DNA of 40,294 nucleotides from Candidatus Hadarchaeales archaeon (GCA_038872135.1 JAVZGN010000007.1:1-40294), one strand, 5' to 3'. Shown: positions 9,329 through 20,359, numbered from the stretch's first letter. A program made the numbers and translations. Notes: a model not told the origin generated them from the letters alone.

Positions 9329-10909
9329 ATGCATTGGATAGACATCAGCGCCGAGGCTCTTCTTAAAAGAGGCAGAAGGCACATCATAGCTAGCGGGATC
9401 TCCATCTCCGGCCACATTCACATCGGACATGCAAATGATGTCTTCATTGCGGATGCCGTGAGAAGGGCCATTGAGGAGAAAGGGGGTGAGGCCGAGGCCA
9501 TCTGGTATGCCGATGACTACGATCCAATGAGAAGGGTTCCCTGGCCGCTGAATGAGGGGGAGCTGGCAGAAAAATACAAAAAATATCTTGGCTTCCCCTA
9601 CTCAAACATTCCCTCTCCAGACCCAAAATTCAGCAGTTTCGTCGACTACTTCCAGAGAACTTTCGTCCAAGCCCTGAACTCCTATGGGATAAAAGTCAGA
9701 ATTTACTCCGGGGCGGAGATCTACAAGAGCGGGAGGATGGCTGAACTCATCAAAAAAGCCCTCGAGAACTCTGAGAAGATAAGAGAAATTCTTAACAGGT
9801 ATAGGGACAACAAATTGCCAAAGGACTGGCTTCCCTTTGACCCCATCTGTGAAAATTGCGGGAGGATTTCAACCACTGTCGCAACTTCGTGGCATGGGGA
9901 TTATGTGCGCTATAGGTGTGAGGGAGCGCAGTATGTGGCCGGGTGCGGGCATGAGGGCGAAGCAGATTACACAAGAGGAGAGGGGAAGCTCACATGGAGG
10001 GTTGAGTGGCCGGCGAGGTGGAAGATGCTTGGTGTCACCTGCGAGCCCTTTGGAAAGGATCATGCTGTGGTAGGCGGCAGCTATGACACCGGAAAGCTCA
10101 TCGCAAGGGAGATTTTTGATTGCGAGCCCCCCTACCCCATTCCCTACGAGTGGGTGAGCCTTAAGGGAAAGCGCCTGTCCTCCTCAAAAGGAATCATATT
10201 CACTCTTGAGGAATGGCTGGAGATAGCGGAGCCTGAACTCCTGCGGTACTTCATCTTTAGGAGCAAGCCTACGAAATCTAAAGAGTTTGACCCTGAAACT
10301 TCCCTGATCGATTTATATGAGGAATATGACCTCGCGGAGGACGCATACTTTGCGAAAGCTGGACCTCCTTCAAGGGTTGAGCAGCTTTCCAGGATTTATG
10401 AGCTTTCTCAGGTTGGAACTCCTCCGCAAAAAAAGCCCCAGAGGATTTCCTTCAGGCTCGCGGCGATTTTGGCCCAAGTCGCTGGTGATAGAAATAGAAT
10501 AAAAGACATTTTGATTAGTAGAAAAATTCTCATTTCTCCAACCGAAGAAGACATTCAACTTGCAATCAAGAGAATAGAACTTGCTGGGAGGTGGGTGGAG
10601 AGATATGCCCCGCCGCACATGAAGTTTGAAATTGCAGCTACTCTTCCAGCCGAAGTTCAGGGACTCTCTCCAGAGCAGAAGAAGTGTTTGGCAAGGCTCG
10701 CTGAGGCCCTGCGCGAGGATATCCCCGCAGCGGAAATTCACAACAAAATCTACGAGATTGCGAGGGAGGGGGGGCTTGACCCCCAGAAGCTTTTTGAGGC
10801 GGTATACATCTCTCTGCTGGGAAAAACTTCTGGCCCAAGAGCAGGCACATTTATCTCAGCTTTGGACAGAGATTTCGTGAGAAAAAGATTCATGGAAGCG
10901 GCCGGGTAA
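9329..10909 (+). CDS. lysS: Lysine--tRNA ligase, class I
   Basis: GHIHIGH, KLTWRVEWPARW, EPFGKDH, RLSSSKG (KMSKS-equivalent) and C-terminal GPRAG. Confidence 0.97.
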   Translation: MHWIDISAEALLKRGRRHIIASGISISGHIHIGHANDVFIADAVRRAIEEKGGEAEAIWYADDYDPMRRVPWPLNEGELAEKYKKYLGFPYSNIPSPDPKFSSFVDYFQRTFVQALNSYGIKVRIYSGAEIYKSGRMAELIKKALENSEKIREILNRYRDNKLPKDWLPFDPICENCGRISTTVATSWHGDYVRYRCEGAQYVAGCGHEGEADYTRGEGKLTWRVEWPARWKMLGVTCEPFGKDHAVVGGSYDTGKLIAREIFDCEPPYPIPYEWVSLKGKRLSSSKGIIFTLEEWLEIAEPELLRYFIFRSKPTKSKEFDPETSLIDLYEEYDLAEDAYFAKAGPPSRVEQLSRIYELSQVGTPPQKKPQRISFRLAAILAQVAGDRNRIKDILISRKILISPTEEDIQLAIKRIELAGRWVERYAPPHMKFEIAATLPAEVQGLSPEQKKCLARLAEALREDIPAAEIHNKIYEIAREGGLDPQKLFEAVYISLLGKTSGPRAGTFISALDRDFVRKRFMEAAG

Positions 10910-10951
10910 TTGAAAACACCCTTTATTAACCAGCATCGTGAAGGTTTTTCG

Positions 10952-12388
10952 ATGACGGCGAAATTATGCGCTGCGGTGATGCTCATCCTCCTTCTGACGC
11001 CTGGAATTGTGGCGGGAGCTGAAGAAGCCGCGGTATACACGGTGACGATAAATTACGATATCCAGAACACGAGCAGCAACACTGCCAGAGATTTTGAAGC
11101 CACAATATACCTTTACGACAACATTTCTGGCTGGGCCGACCAGAGAGTTCTAGCAGAAAATATTTTTGTCGATGGAGTTCCAGTCAGTCCACAAATTTTC
11201 AAGGACGAAGACAACAGATGGACAAAACTGCAGCTGGGGGAACTCGGGCCCCACCAGTCGAAAAGGATAACGGTCACGCAAACGCTGAAAATAAAAACTG
11301 TGGACTTTAAGGTGGATCCTTCCCTCGTCGGAACAACCATTCCCCCGGAGCTGGCCATTTACACCACGCCAGTTCAGGGTCTCTGGGAAAGCGATGATTC
11401 AAGAATTTCAGCGCTGGCCGCAGAGCTGGTGGAAAATGCCCCAAATGTTTACTATGAGGCCGAGAATATATTCCGATTTGTAATAAAGTATCTGCAATAC
11501 AAGCGGCTTGACGCAGAACATGGAGCCCTTTACGCTTATCTAACAAAAGTTGGAGATTGCACAGAATATTCAAATCTCTTTGTTGCTCTTGCTAGGGCGG
11601 CTGGAATTCCTGCAAAGGTGGTTGCTGGCAACGGTTATCTGCCCATCTACAATGTTGGTGGCTCTGCAGATTTCTCAGCCACCGGCCACGCCTGGGCAAT
11701 CTTCTATCTTCCAGATTATGGATGGGTTCCTGTGGATGGTGTCTGGCCAACTGGAAAGGGCTCATTTGCAAGAGCAGATTATTCTCACATAGCCGGCGCA
11801 ACAACAGACGGGAGCAATGCTATCAGCGGTGGGAAGATAAGCTGGCCTGGTCCAGGATCGATCAAAACAAACTGGAGCTACTTAGTGAATCGCCCGGTCT
11901 ACAGCCAAGAAATTGTTGCCTCGGCGTCTGGAACAATAACCCCCCAGGTGATGCTGGACGTAAAACTCACCTCCTCCCCCCAGATTTCCACCGAGGGCAC
12001 TTTGGTTTTCACTGCTACCGTCCAAAATCTTGGAAGCGTCCCGGCCAAAAATCTTCTGATAGATTTGAACCTTGACAGCAGATATTTTGAGGTGAAGGCC
12101 GGCGAAGTTCAGAAAGGGGAACTGCCGGTTGGAGGGAAATGGGTCGTCCCAATAACTGTTCTGGTAAAAGACGCAGCATATGGGGAAAATTTTGAATTAG
12201 AGCCGACTGTTACTTTTGAAGCATCTTACGGCGGGGTAACTGGCGAATATATCGCTAGGGGGGCGCTGACTCTCTCAGTGGGACAAAAGCCAGCCATTAT
12301 CGGCCTCCCGCTTGATTTAACGATGATCCTCATCATTGCTGTTCTGGTTGTTTCGATCATCTCAGTTGCGATCATCGCCAGAAGGTAG
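10952..12388 (+). CDS. Secreted/membrane-anchored transglutaminase-like domain protein
   Basis: Signal peptide. GDCTEYSNLFVALARAAGIPA, GHAW and WVPVD give a Cys-His-Asp triad. Ig/CARDB-like C-terminal region, then TM plus ARR. Confidence 0.88.
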   Translation: MTAKLCAAVMLILLLTPGIVAGAEEAAVYTVTINYDIQNTSSNTARDFEATIYLYDNISGWADQRVLAENIFVDGVPVSPQIFKDEDNRWTKLQLGELGPHQSKRITVTQTLKIKTVDFKVDPSLVGTTIPPELAIYTTPVQGLWESDDSRISALAAELVENAPNVYYEAENIFRFVIKYLQYKRLDAEHGALYAYLTKVGDCTEYSNLFVALARAAGIPAKVVAGNGYLPIYNVGGSADFSATGHAWAIFYLPDYGWVPVDGVWPTGKGSFARADYSHIAGATTDGSNAISGGKISWPGPGSIKTNWSYLVNRPVYSQEIVASASGTITPQVMLDVKLTSSPQISTEGTLVFTATVQNLGSVPAKNLLIDLNLDSRYFEVKAGEVQKGELPVGGKWVVPITVLVKDAAYGENFELEPTVTFEASYGGVTGEYIARGALTLSVGQKPAIIGLPLDLTMILIIAVLVVSIISVAIIARR

Positions 12389-12425
12389 TTTTTATATTTA
12401 TGGGACGATTTAAACAGGGAGCAGC

Positions 12426-13037
12426 ATGTACGAGTTTGCGGGAACTGTTGTGGGACTAAGGTGCAGGGATGGAGTAGTACTGGCCTCCGATACCAAGGGC
12501 ACATATTACTACCACGTTTTGAGCAAGAGGGTGCGAAAGGTGTTCCCTTTGGATGAGAACATTGGAGCTGCATTTGCTGGGAGTTCCGGCGATGTCCAGA
12601 GCCTCGTTAATCTACTGAAGGCCGAGGTCAACCTCTACAAGTTTGAAAAAAATCGTCGGATTTCTCCGAGAAGTGTGGCACAGATAGCATCCAATGTCCT
12701 TCATGGCCGCAGGATGTTCCCATATCTCATGGAAGGGGTGATTGGCGGGATGGATGGAGATGAACCTGCATTATTTTTTATGGACCCCATTGGAGGGAAG
12801 CTAGAAGAGAGGAAGTTTGCTGCTGCAGGGACTGGAGCTACAATCGCATATGGGGTCTTTGAAAAAGAATTTTCAGAGAAGATGAACGTGAAAGAGGGAG
12901 CGAAGCTGGCGGCCGGGGCTATCAAAGCTGCAATTGAAAGAGACGCTGCAACGGGGGAAAAGACTGTTGTTGCGATCATTGACAAGAAGGGTTACAGGGA
13001 GCTGTCCGAGGAAGAAGTGGATGAACTCTTGAAGTAA
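12426..13037 (+). CDS. psmB: Proteasome subunit beta, probably a non-catalytic paralog
   Basis: Ntn-hydrolase fold motifs DGVVLASD, AGSSGD, DPIGG and RDAATG. The N-terminus reads AGTVVG rather than GTTTVG. Confidence 0.9.
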   Translation: MYEFAGTVVGLRCRDGVVLASDTKGTYYYHVLSKRVRKVFPLDENIGAAFAGSSGDVQSLVNLLKAEVNLYKFEKNRRISPRSVAQIASNVLHGRRMFPYLMEGVIGGMDGDEPALFFMDPIGGKLEERKFAAAGTGATIAYGVFEKEFSEKMNVKEGAKLAAGAIKAAIERDAATGEKTVVAIIDKKGYRELSEEEVDELLK

Positions 13038-13052
13038 CCCCGGAGAGTTCTG

Positions 13053-14177
13053 ATGCAGACTGTGCTTTTAAACGCAGTCATCCTTGAGGGGAAGGATCTT
13101 GAGCCAATCAAAGGATTTCTCGTGATAAAAGATGGGGAGATAGCTAGAATATCGAGCGGCGCCCCGTCCAAAGGAGGGATTGACATGAAAAATGCAATCC
13201 TCATTCCGCCGTTTGTTAACTCTCACACCCACATCGGTGATGCTGCCGGGGCCGAACTCTATCTTGGGCGAGGACATGAGGAAGTTGTCGGGCCTGGTGG
13301 AGTAAAATTCAGAATTTTTGAAAAAATTTCTAAAAATCTGAGAAAAGATGCGATGGCCAAAGCGATAGCAGACATGAAAAAACTTGGGACGATCGCTCAT
13401 GTAGACTTTCGGGAGGAGGGAATTGAGGGAATAAAACTTTTAAAACAGTGCGCAGATGCCACCACCCGCTCAATCATTCTCGGGAGGGGAGAAACCGACA
13501 GGGAAATCGAGGGAGTGCTGCAGGTGGCTGACGGTGTGGGACTCCCATCTGTGAAAGGAATGCCACCAGAGAAGCTGAAGGAGCTTTCCAATCTTGTGAA
13601 GGGGAAGGGAAAGCTGCTAGCAGCCCACGTGGCGGAAGAGCCCCCGAAAAAGACAGGCGTAAATGAAGTAAAAATTGCTGCCGATGCCGGGATGTCTTTT
13701 GTGGTTCACGCAACCCATTGCACTCAGGAGGATCTCGAAATTCTCAAGAGAAAAAAAATTCCCGTTGTCTTTTGTTGCAGGTCTAATCTTCTCCTTCATA
13801 CCGGTGTTCCACCCATAGCTAAGGCGATAGAGATGGAGCTGGATTTCTTTCTCGGGACGGACAACGTGATGGTATGCCGTCCAAGCATGCTCGAGGAACT
13901 CCATTTTGCCATCGCTTGCGCTCGCCTGAAAGATTCAAAAATTGGGGCGGAAGAGGCGAGAAAGATTTTGATATCGGCTACGATCAAGCCAGCAGAATAT
14001 TTTGGTCTAAGCGGTGGTGTTATAGAAGAAGGGGCAGAAGCCACATTTCTTGTCCTAGCCCGCGGCAGCAACCTTCTGAACCTGAAAGATATCCACGCAG
14101 GAATAGTCAACCGCGCTGGAGAGGATAATCTCAAGGCATTCTTTGTGAAAGGAAAAAATATATTAGAAGAGCCGTAG
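13053..14177 (+). CDS. Amidohydrolase family (metal-dependent deaminase-like) protein
   Basis: FVNSHTHIGD, HVAE, VVHATH and LGTDN. Confidence 0.88.
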   Translation: MQTVLLNAVILEGKDLEPIKGFLVIKDGEIARISSGAPSKGGIDMKNAILIPPFVNSHTHIGDAAGAELYLGRGHEEVVGPGGVKFRIFEKISKNLRKDAMAKAIADMKKLGTIAHVDFREEGIEGIKLLKQCADATTRSIILGRGETDREIEGVLQVADGVGLPSVKGMPPEKLKELSNLVKGKGKLLAAHVAEEPPKKTGVNEVKIAADAGMSFVVHATHCTQEDLEILKRKKIPVVFCCRSNLLLHTGVPPIAKAIEMELDFFLGTDNVMVCRPSMLEELHFAIACARLKDSKIGAEEARKILISATIKPAEYFGLSGGVIEEGAEATFLVLARGSNLLNLKDIHAGIVNRAGEDNLKAFFVKGKNILEEP

Positions 14178-14208
14178 ATAGAGATAATTGGTATTTTACG
14201 ACCCGAGG

Positions 14209-15057
14209 ATGGATGAGGGTATGAAAGTAAAAGATGTGATGACAAAGGAAGTAAAAACGGTTGAGCTGCCGGGAACAAGAGCTGATGCTCTAGAGGTCAT
14301 GAAAAAGGTCGGCGCAAGTGCCCTCCCCGTTGTCAAGAAGGGGACGGGAGAACTTGTGGGGATGATTGTCGCCCAGAAGCTTGTGGAGAATCCAAATGAA
14401 GATCAGCTTGCGTTGCTGGTAGACAAAAATGTGCCAACAGTTGGACCGGAGGATGACTTAAAGACGGCTGTGAAAGTTCTTCTCAACGCCAAGGTTAGGC
14501 GGCTTCCTGTTGTCAAGGATGGAGCACTAGTCGGGATGCTGGCTGTCAAAGATGTTGTGTACCGGGCAATAGCCGAGATGAATCTGGAAAAACCGGCGGC
14601 GGACTACATGCGCCCACACATAATTGCCCTGTGGGAAGGCACGCCCCTAAAACCTGCGCTTCACCTGATTGCCCTTTCCGGCTTCCATGTCGTCCCGGTA
14701 ATTAACAGTGATGGAAAGCTGGTTGGGACTATCAGCGATGTTTCAATCTTCAATCTCAGCGACATCGAGGTTGGATCAAAGATGAGCCAGATGAGCGGAA
14801 GGAGCGAGGGAGACAGCTGGAGCTGGGACACGGAGGCGAGGATATATATCACGAGAAAGGAGCTGGTGTTGCCTGAGAAGACCGTGGGAGAAATCATGAA
14901 CAAAGAGATAGTGACTATCACGAGAAAAACTCCAGTCACGAGAGCAGCCCAGCTGATGAAACAGAAGAACGCAGAGCAGGCGATGGTCCTGAGCCCGGAA
15001 GAGAAGCTGCTTGGGATAGTTAGAGATGTTGACTTGATAAAAGTTCTCGTTGAGTGA
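14209..15057 (+). CDS. CBS domain protein (four CBS repeats)
   Basis: Repeated VKDVM/LPVV..G.LVG units. Start could be 14188, 14209 or 14221. Confidence 0.9.
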   Translation: MDEGMKVKDVMTKEVKTVELPGTRADALEVMKKVGASALPVVKKGTGELVGMIVAQKLVENPNEDQLALLVDKNVPTVGPEDDLKTAVKVLLNAKVRRLPVVKDGALVGMLAVKDVVYRAIAEMNLEKPAADYMRPHIIALWEGTPLKPALHLIALSGFHVVPVINSDGKLVGTISDVSIFNLSDIEVGSKMSQMSGRSEGDSWSWDTEARIYITRKELVLPEKTVGEIMNKEIVTITRKTPVTRAAQLMKQKNAEQAMVLSPEEKLLGIVRDVDLIKVLVE

Positions 15058-15089
15058 GGTTTTTTACCGCTGGCGAGTAGTTGTAAAAG

Positions 15090-16604
15090 ATGCAGATAGA
15101 AGAGGATGTACTGGAGCTAGCGAAGAGGAGAGGTTTCATCTGGCCGGCTTTTGAAATTTACGGTGGGGCTGCCGGCTTTTATGATTATGGGCCGCTGGGG
15201 GTGGCCCTGAAAAACAGGATTATCGAGAAATGGCGTAGCATCTATGTTGGGGAGGAAAATTTCTTGGAAATAGATTCACCGACAGTGACCCCTGAAGAAG
15301 TTTTGAAAGCCAGCGGCCACGTCGACCATTTTGTTGATGTAATGGTAGAATGCACGAAGTGTGGAAATGCGTTCAAACTAACAGAGGTGGTGATGGAGGC
15401 TATCCAAAAGGATGTGGAGGGGATGCCGAAAGAGGAAATCCAGAAGATTGTGGAGTCAGCTGGAATAAAATGTCCGACGTGTAGGGGGGACTTGAGCAGG
15501 ATATCTGATTTTAATGCCATGTTCAAGACCGCTATCGGGCCTGGGTCCAAGAAGGTTGGCTATCTACGGCCTGAAACTGCCCAAGGGATTTTCATCAACT
15601 TCAGGAGGCTCTTCAGGCTGGCCCGCGGAAAGCTCCCCTTTGGCGTGGTTCAAATAGGGCGGGGATACAGGAATGAAATCTCGCCGAGACAGGGAATGAT
15701 AAGATTGAGGGAGTTTACCATGGCCGAGGCAGAGGTTTTCTTCGATCCCGAGGAACCCCGCCACCCAAAATTTTCTAAAGTAAAGGGCGAGAGACTTCGG
15801 CTCTGGCCTGCAAAAGCCCAAATCGCCGGGAGTTCTGAGACGCTGGAAGCCACAGCGGGGGAGGCTGTTGAGAATAAAATTGTCTGCAATGAGCTGATGG
15901 CGTACTATCTGGTTCTCACAAAGAGGTTTTTGGAGGCCATTGGAATCCCATCAGACGCAATAAGGTTCCGGGAGCAAACACCCGGACAGAGAGCCCACTA
16001 TTCAAGGGAGACATGGGACGCCGAGGTGTTCACGAAAAAATTTGGGTGGGTAGAAATCGCTGGCATCGCCTACAGGACCGACTATGATCTCTCCAGGCAT
16101 TCAGAGTTCAGCGGGGTTGAGTTGACAGCATATCTTGAGGAGAAGAAGAAAAAAATCATTTGCCATGTGGTTGAGCCCTCTTATGGGATAGATAGGCCCT
16201 TCTACTGCCTGCTGGAGCATGCCTACACAGTTGATGGGAAAAGGAGGTATCTCAGACTGAAAAAAGATATGGCACCGGTGGAAGTTGCCGTGCTCCCTCT
16301 CCTAACGAAGGATGGTCTTCCAGAAAAGGCATCTGAAGTTTTCGAACTTTTGAAAAAAGAGGGATTGAGGGCAGAATATGATGAAGCTGGGTCGATTGGG
16401 AGGCGGTACATGAGGGCGGATGAAATAGGCACGCCCTTCTGCGTGACGGTGGACCACAGGACACTTCAGGATCAGACGGTGACTATAAGGGATAGAGACT
16501 CCACAAAGCAGGTAAGGGTGGCAATCTCCTCTCTTTCGCAAATTCTGGTGAAACTTCTCCGCGATGAAATTTCCTTTGAAGAAGCCGGTACTCCGGTGGA
16601 ATAA
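15090..16604 (+). CDS. glyS: Glycine--tRNA ligase (alpha2, archaeal/eukaryotic type)
   Basis: YDYGPLG, LRPETAQGIF, RNEISPRQG..RLREF, EPSYGIDR and SIGRRY.RADEIG. Confidence 0.97.
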   Translation: MQIEEDVLELAKRRGFIWPAFEIYGGAAGFYDYGPLGVALKNRIIEKWRSIYVGEENFLEIDSPTVTPEEVLKASGHVDHFVDVMVECTKCGNAFKLTEVVMEAIQKDVEGMPKEEIQKIVESAGIKCPTCRGDLSRISDFNAMFKTAIGPGSKKVGYLRPETAQGIFINFRRLFRLARGKLPFGVVQIGRGYRNEISPRQGMIRLREFTMAEAEVFFDPEEPRHPKFSKVKGERLRLWPAKAQIAGSSETLEATAGEAVENKIVCNELMAYYLVLTKRFLEAIGIPSDAIRFREQTPGQRAHYSRETWDAEVFTKKFGWVEIAGIAYRTDYDLSRHSEFSGVELTAYLEEKKKKIICHVVEPSYGIDRPFYCLLEHAYTVDGKRRYLRLKKDMAPVEVAVLPLLTKDGLPEKASEVFELLKKEGLRAEYDEAGSIGRRYMRADEIGTPFCVTVDHRTLQDQTVTIRDRDSTKQVRVAISSLSQILVKLLRDEISFEEAGTPVE

Positions 16605-16741
16605 ACTGCTTCATCCTTTGCTTCCCGCTCGCAATTTTAGTGGCCAGCCAGCAATCTGCAGAATTCATGTGCTCTCTCAAGTGATGTGCACCTGACATTT
16701 TCTGGCACCTGATTTTCTTGAGCCAAGTCTGCCCCAAAACC

Positions 16742-18709
16742 CTACGCAAGCAGCGGGACGAGGATGAGGGCCACGAGAGACATCAGCTTGATCAGAATGT
16801 TCAGCGATGGGCCAGCAGTGTCCTTGAATGGATCTCCGACTGTGTCCCCAACAACAGCGGATGCATGGGTGGAGCTTCCCTTCCCCCCGAAGTGTCCCAT
16901 CTCGACATATTTCTTGGCGTTGTCCCAAGCTCCACCGGCGTTCGCCATCAGGAGCGCGAAAATCAATCCTGCGACGATGCTCCCCGCGAGGAAGCCACCA
17001 AGAGCAGCCTTCCCAAGAAGAACTCCGACGGCTATCGGGGAGAGAAGCGCGAGGAGCCCTGGGACGGATAGTTCCCTCAAGGCCCCCTTGGTCGCAATAT
17101 CCACACACCTCGCATAGTCTGGCTTGGCCTTCCCGGCGAGGAGCCCTTTGATCTCCCTGAACTGTCTCCTCACCTCCTCAACCATCTTGAAGGAGTTCCT
17201 CCCCACTGCAAGAATTGTAAGGGCACAGAATAGGGCCACAACCCCCCCGCCGAGAAAGACTCCCGCCATCACATCTGGGGTAAGAAGGTCGAGCTTTGAA
17301 ACCCCGGTGAGCTGGGAATATGTGGCAAACAATGCCACCGCCGTCAAAGCTGCCGATCCTATGGCAAAGCCCTTGCAGATCGCCTTTGTGGTGTTCCCGA
17401 CGGAGTCAAGGGAGTCTGTGACTTCCCTCACCTTTTCCGGAAGCTTCGACTGCTCAACTATTCCTCCAGCGTTGTCGGCCACTGGACCATAAGCATCTGA
17501 AGAAACAACAATTCCTGTTATTGCCAGCATCCCAACTCCCGAGAGGCATATGCCGTACATTCCCGCTGTAGCATAGGCAGCGACAACTGCCACCGCGATT
17601 GCTAGGATTGGCATGGCAGTGCTAAGCAGACCAACCGAAAATCCCGTAAGAATTGTTATCGCCGTCCCGGACTGGGAGGACTTGGCGATGAACTGTGCGG
17701 GTCTCCTCAGCCTGTTTGTGAAGTAATCGGAAGTGAGCCCTATGACCAGCCCCGCCACAAGACCTGAGAGAATCGCCCAAAAGAAGTTCAGCCCTCTCTC
17801 CTGCCCAAATAGGTAGATTGAAAGTGCAACAGCACCGATGGCTGTCAGCACACATGAAACTATGGTGGCTGAATTTAGAGCATAGCTGGGGTCTTTCCCC
17901 TTCTTAACCCTTACCACTCCAACGCTGAGAATTGAGGCAAAGATTCCAACCGCCGAGATCAGGAGGGGGAGGAGCACACCATTCTGCCCAAAACCGGCAA
18001 AACCCACGATCATCGCCGCCACAATGCTTGCAACGTATGACTCGAAGAGGTCTGCGCCCATTCCCGCTACATCTCCAACATTGTCCCCAACATTGTCAGC
18101 AATCACCGCAGGATTTCTTGGATCATCCTCCGGGATCTTCGCCTCAACCTTTCCCACGAGGTCGGCGCCAACATCCGCGGTTTTTGTGTAAATTCCCCCA
18201 CCAACTCTGGCGAAAAGAGCTACCGAACTTGCTCCAAAGCTGTAGGGAAGGATCATCTGCGGCTGTCCCAGCCAAACAAACGCTAGAAAGATTCCAAGCA
18301 GACCGATTCCGACCACAGACATCCCCATCACAAGACCCCCGCGGAATGCTACTTTCAGGGCCCTGTCCAGTCCAGAAATCGCGGCGTTGGCAGTTCTGGA
18401 GTTAGCCCTGATGGCTATGTGCATCCCTATGAAACCGGCTGCCGTTGATGAAGCAGCCCCGGCAGCATAAAGAATGGCGGAGGTCCATCCCCACCCGGGA
18501 GCTATGAGCAGAAGAATCGAGATTATGATGACTACCGCCCAGATTGTCGTATACTGCCTCTTCAAGTAGGCTGTTGCTCCCTCATAGATGGCGCCGGCGA
18601 TCTGCTGCATCCTCTGGGATCCCGGCTTTTCTCTGAGGACCAGTTTTGCCGCCACCGCTGCCAAGAGGAGAGCAGCCAGCGCAGATATCGGCGTGAGATA
18701 TTCTATCAT
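16742..18709 (-). CDS. hppA: Membrane-bound pyrophosphatase, K+-independent signature (H+-PPase)
   Basis: [38 protein letters not shown] and [17 protein letters not shown] carries Lys at the K+-dependence determinant. Confidence 0.96.
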   Translation of the reverse strand: MIEYLTPISALAALLLAAVAAKLVLREKPGSQRMQQIAGAIYEGATAYLKRQYTTIWAVVIIISILLLIAPGWGWTSAILYAAGAASSTAAGFIGMHIAIRANSRTANAAISGLDRALKVAFRGGLVMGMSVVGIGLLGIFLAFVWLGQPQMILPYSFGASSVALFARVGGGIYTKTADVGADLVGKVEAKIPEDDPRNPAVIADNVGDNVGDVAGMGADLFESYVASIVAAMIVGFAGFGQNGVLLPLLISAVGIFASILSVGVVRVKKGKDPSYALNSATIVSCVLTAIGAVALSIYLFGQERGLNFFWAILSGLVAGLVIGLTSDYFTNRLRRPAQFIAKSSQSGTAITILTGFSVGLLSTAMPILAIAVAVVAAYATAGMYGICLSGVGMLAITGIVVSSDAYGPVADNAGGIVEQSKLPEKVREVTDSLDSVGNTTKAICKGFAIGSAALTAVALFATYSQLTGVSKLDLLTPDVMAGVFLGGGVVALFCALTILAVGRNSFKMVEEVRRQFREIKGLLAGKAKPDYARCVDIATKGALRELSVPGLLALLSPIAVGVLLGKAALGGFLAGSIVAGLIFALLMANAGGAWDNAKKYVEMGHFGGKGSSTHASAVVGDTVGDPFKDTAGPSLNILIKLMSLVALILVPLLA

Positions 18710-18713
18710 CACC

Positions 18714-19100
18714 TCACCTCACATTTCCGTCCATCGCTAAATGAGATTTTCCTCTAACATATATAACTGCGACGCCTTTCCTCCTGAGTTTTCTTTTCAG
18801 CTCTCCGTCGGCTGTTCCCACAGGGGTTCCCATTTCCTCAGCCAGTGAAAGAATACATGCATCGGCGTCTCCCTCAGCCCTAACTATCTTGCACTTTTCA
18901 ACCATCTTCAATGCAAGCCTTGCAGCGCTCCTTTCCCTTGGGGTTCCTCTTTCGGCAATTTTTTCCAGCTCACGGAGGACTGGAGATGGAACTAAAAATT
19001 CACACTTATCCTCCAAAACCCTCTCGCTCTCTGCCGTGATGTCAATTTTTAACATTCCAGGGAGCATGAGAAAGCTCGTGTCCGCGATCACTTTGATCAT
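18714..19100 (-). CDS. PIN domain protein (Fcf1/Utp24-like archaeal nuclease)
   Basis: VIADTSFLM, VLRELE, ADACI and TADGEL. Conserved position downstream of eif2g. Confidence 0.88.
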   Translation of the reverse strand: MIKVIADTSFLMLPGMLKIDITAESERVLEDKCEFLVPSPVLRELEKIAERGTPRERSAARLALKMVEKCKIVRAEGDADACILSLAEEMGTPVGTADGELKRKLRRKGVAVIYVRGKSHLAMDGNVR

Positions 19101-19101
19101 C

Positions 19102-20319
19102 TCATCCCGCCTTCAGCGTTCCATGACCTATGAGCCTCCATTTGTTGGCGATCTTCCTGCTGATGGCTACCCTAGAGCCAGCCTCGGCGCAAACTGGGGT
19201 CTTCAGCGCTAGGGAAACTCTGTCTCCCCTAACGCTGGTTATGGTTGCCAGCCTCGCTGCGGTTCCGATGTTGAGCATCAGCAGCTCCCCGTGGGTGAGG
19301 GATTTCACCTCAAGCTCCTTCGGTAGCCCAACCACCCTCTCCAGAAGGTGAACCTCAAGCTCAAGGGTGTTCCAGACTGGAGGCAGAGCCCCTGGCCTTC
19401 CAACCACCGATCCAACCAGGGCATCGGCCTTTGTCAGGGATGGATCAAGCATCGTTCCGAGCCCAACAAGTCCACCGGGAACCGCCTCCTTCAACGCAGC
19501 GTCCCCGGCGTGAATGCTCGCAATCTTTGTTGTAAGGTGCTGCCAGGTTGTCCTGTCCTTGTGGACGATGGGTATTCCAGGCCTTATCTCTATTTCATCG
19601 CCAACGCTGAGCCTTCCTCTGAGGATGGTTCCACCAACAACCCCTCCCTTCAGGTTCTCCACCTTTGTCCCGGGCTTGTTCACATCGAAGGATCTTGCCA
19701 CCGGGAGAAGAGGGGGTTTGCTTAGGTCCCTGGGAGGCGTCGGGATGATACTCTCGATTGCCTCTATGAGCTTGTCGATATTGGCTTTGTGAATGGCGGA
19801 GACGGGGATGATTGGGGCATCGCGGTAGCTCGTCCCTTCAAGGAAATTCTTTATCTGCTGGTAGTTTTCAATTGCCTTTTCCTTGGAGACAAGCTCAACC
19901 TTGTTCTGGACGACGACGATGTTCTTCACTCCCAAGATTTCCAGCGCCATCACATGCTCCTTGGTCTGGGGCTGAGGGCAGGGCTCATTTGCTGCAACGA
20001 CCAGCAGGGCCCCGTCCATTATCGCCGCCCCTGAGAGCATCGTGGCCATAAGCATCTCATGGCCGGGGGCATCGACAAAAGAGACCCTTCTAAGAAACTC
20101 TGTCTCGGCCCCGCAATAGGGGCATTTGCTCTTGTTGCTGTACCTCTCACATTCAGGGCAGCGGTAGAAAGAGACATCGGCGTAGCCAAGCTTTATCGTT
20201 ATACCCCTCTTGATCTCCTCGCTGTGGGTGTCGGTCCAAACTCCCGTGAGTGCCTCAGTCAGCGTCGTCTTGCCGTGGTCTATGTGGCCGATCATCCCGA
20301 TGTTTACCGTGGCCTGCGT
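19102..20319 (-). CDS. eif2g: Translation initiation factor 2 subunit gamma
   Basis: [36 protein letters not shown] and WRLIG. Homology (QATVNIG) extends upstream of ATG 20295. Start placed at ACG 20319 by inference. Confidence 0.95.
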   Translation of the reverse strand, partial: TQATVNIGMIGHIDHGKTTLTEALTGVWTDTHSEEIKRGITIKLGYADVSFYRCPECERYSNKSKCPYCGAETEFLRRVSFVDAPGHEMLMATMLSGAAIMDGALLVVAANEPCPQPQTKEHVMALEILGVKNIVVVQNKVELVSKEKAIENYQQIKNFLEGTSYRDAPIIPVSAIHKANIDKLIEAIESIIPTPPRDLSKPPLLPVARSFDVNKPGTKVENLKGGVVGGTILRGRLSVGDEIEIRPGIPIVHKDRTTWQHLTTKIASIHAGDAALKEAVPGGLVGLGTMLDPSLTKADALVGSVVGRPGALPPVWNTLELEVHLLERVVGLPKELEVKSLTHGELLMLNIGTAARLATITSVRGDRVSLALKTPVCAEAGSRVAISRKIANKWRLIGHGTLKAG

Positions 20320-20359
20320 TGCACCACCTGTAATCCTATAGCTTGGGGGTAAAAGAAGA

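Noticed and set aside
16676-16722. Possible C/D-box sRNA (GTGATGT...CTGA...CTGA within CTCAAG/CTTGAG)
   Set aside because: The C box is imperfect, there is no C' box, and the first guide would be only ~4 nt.
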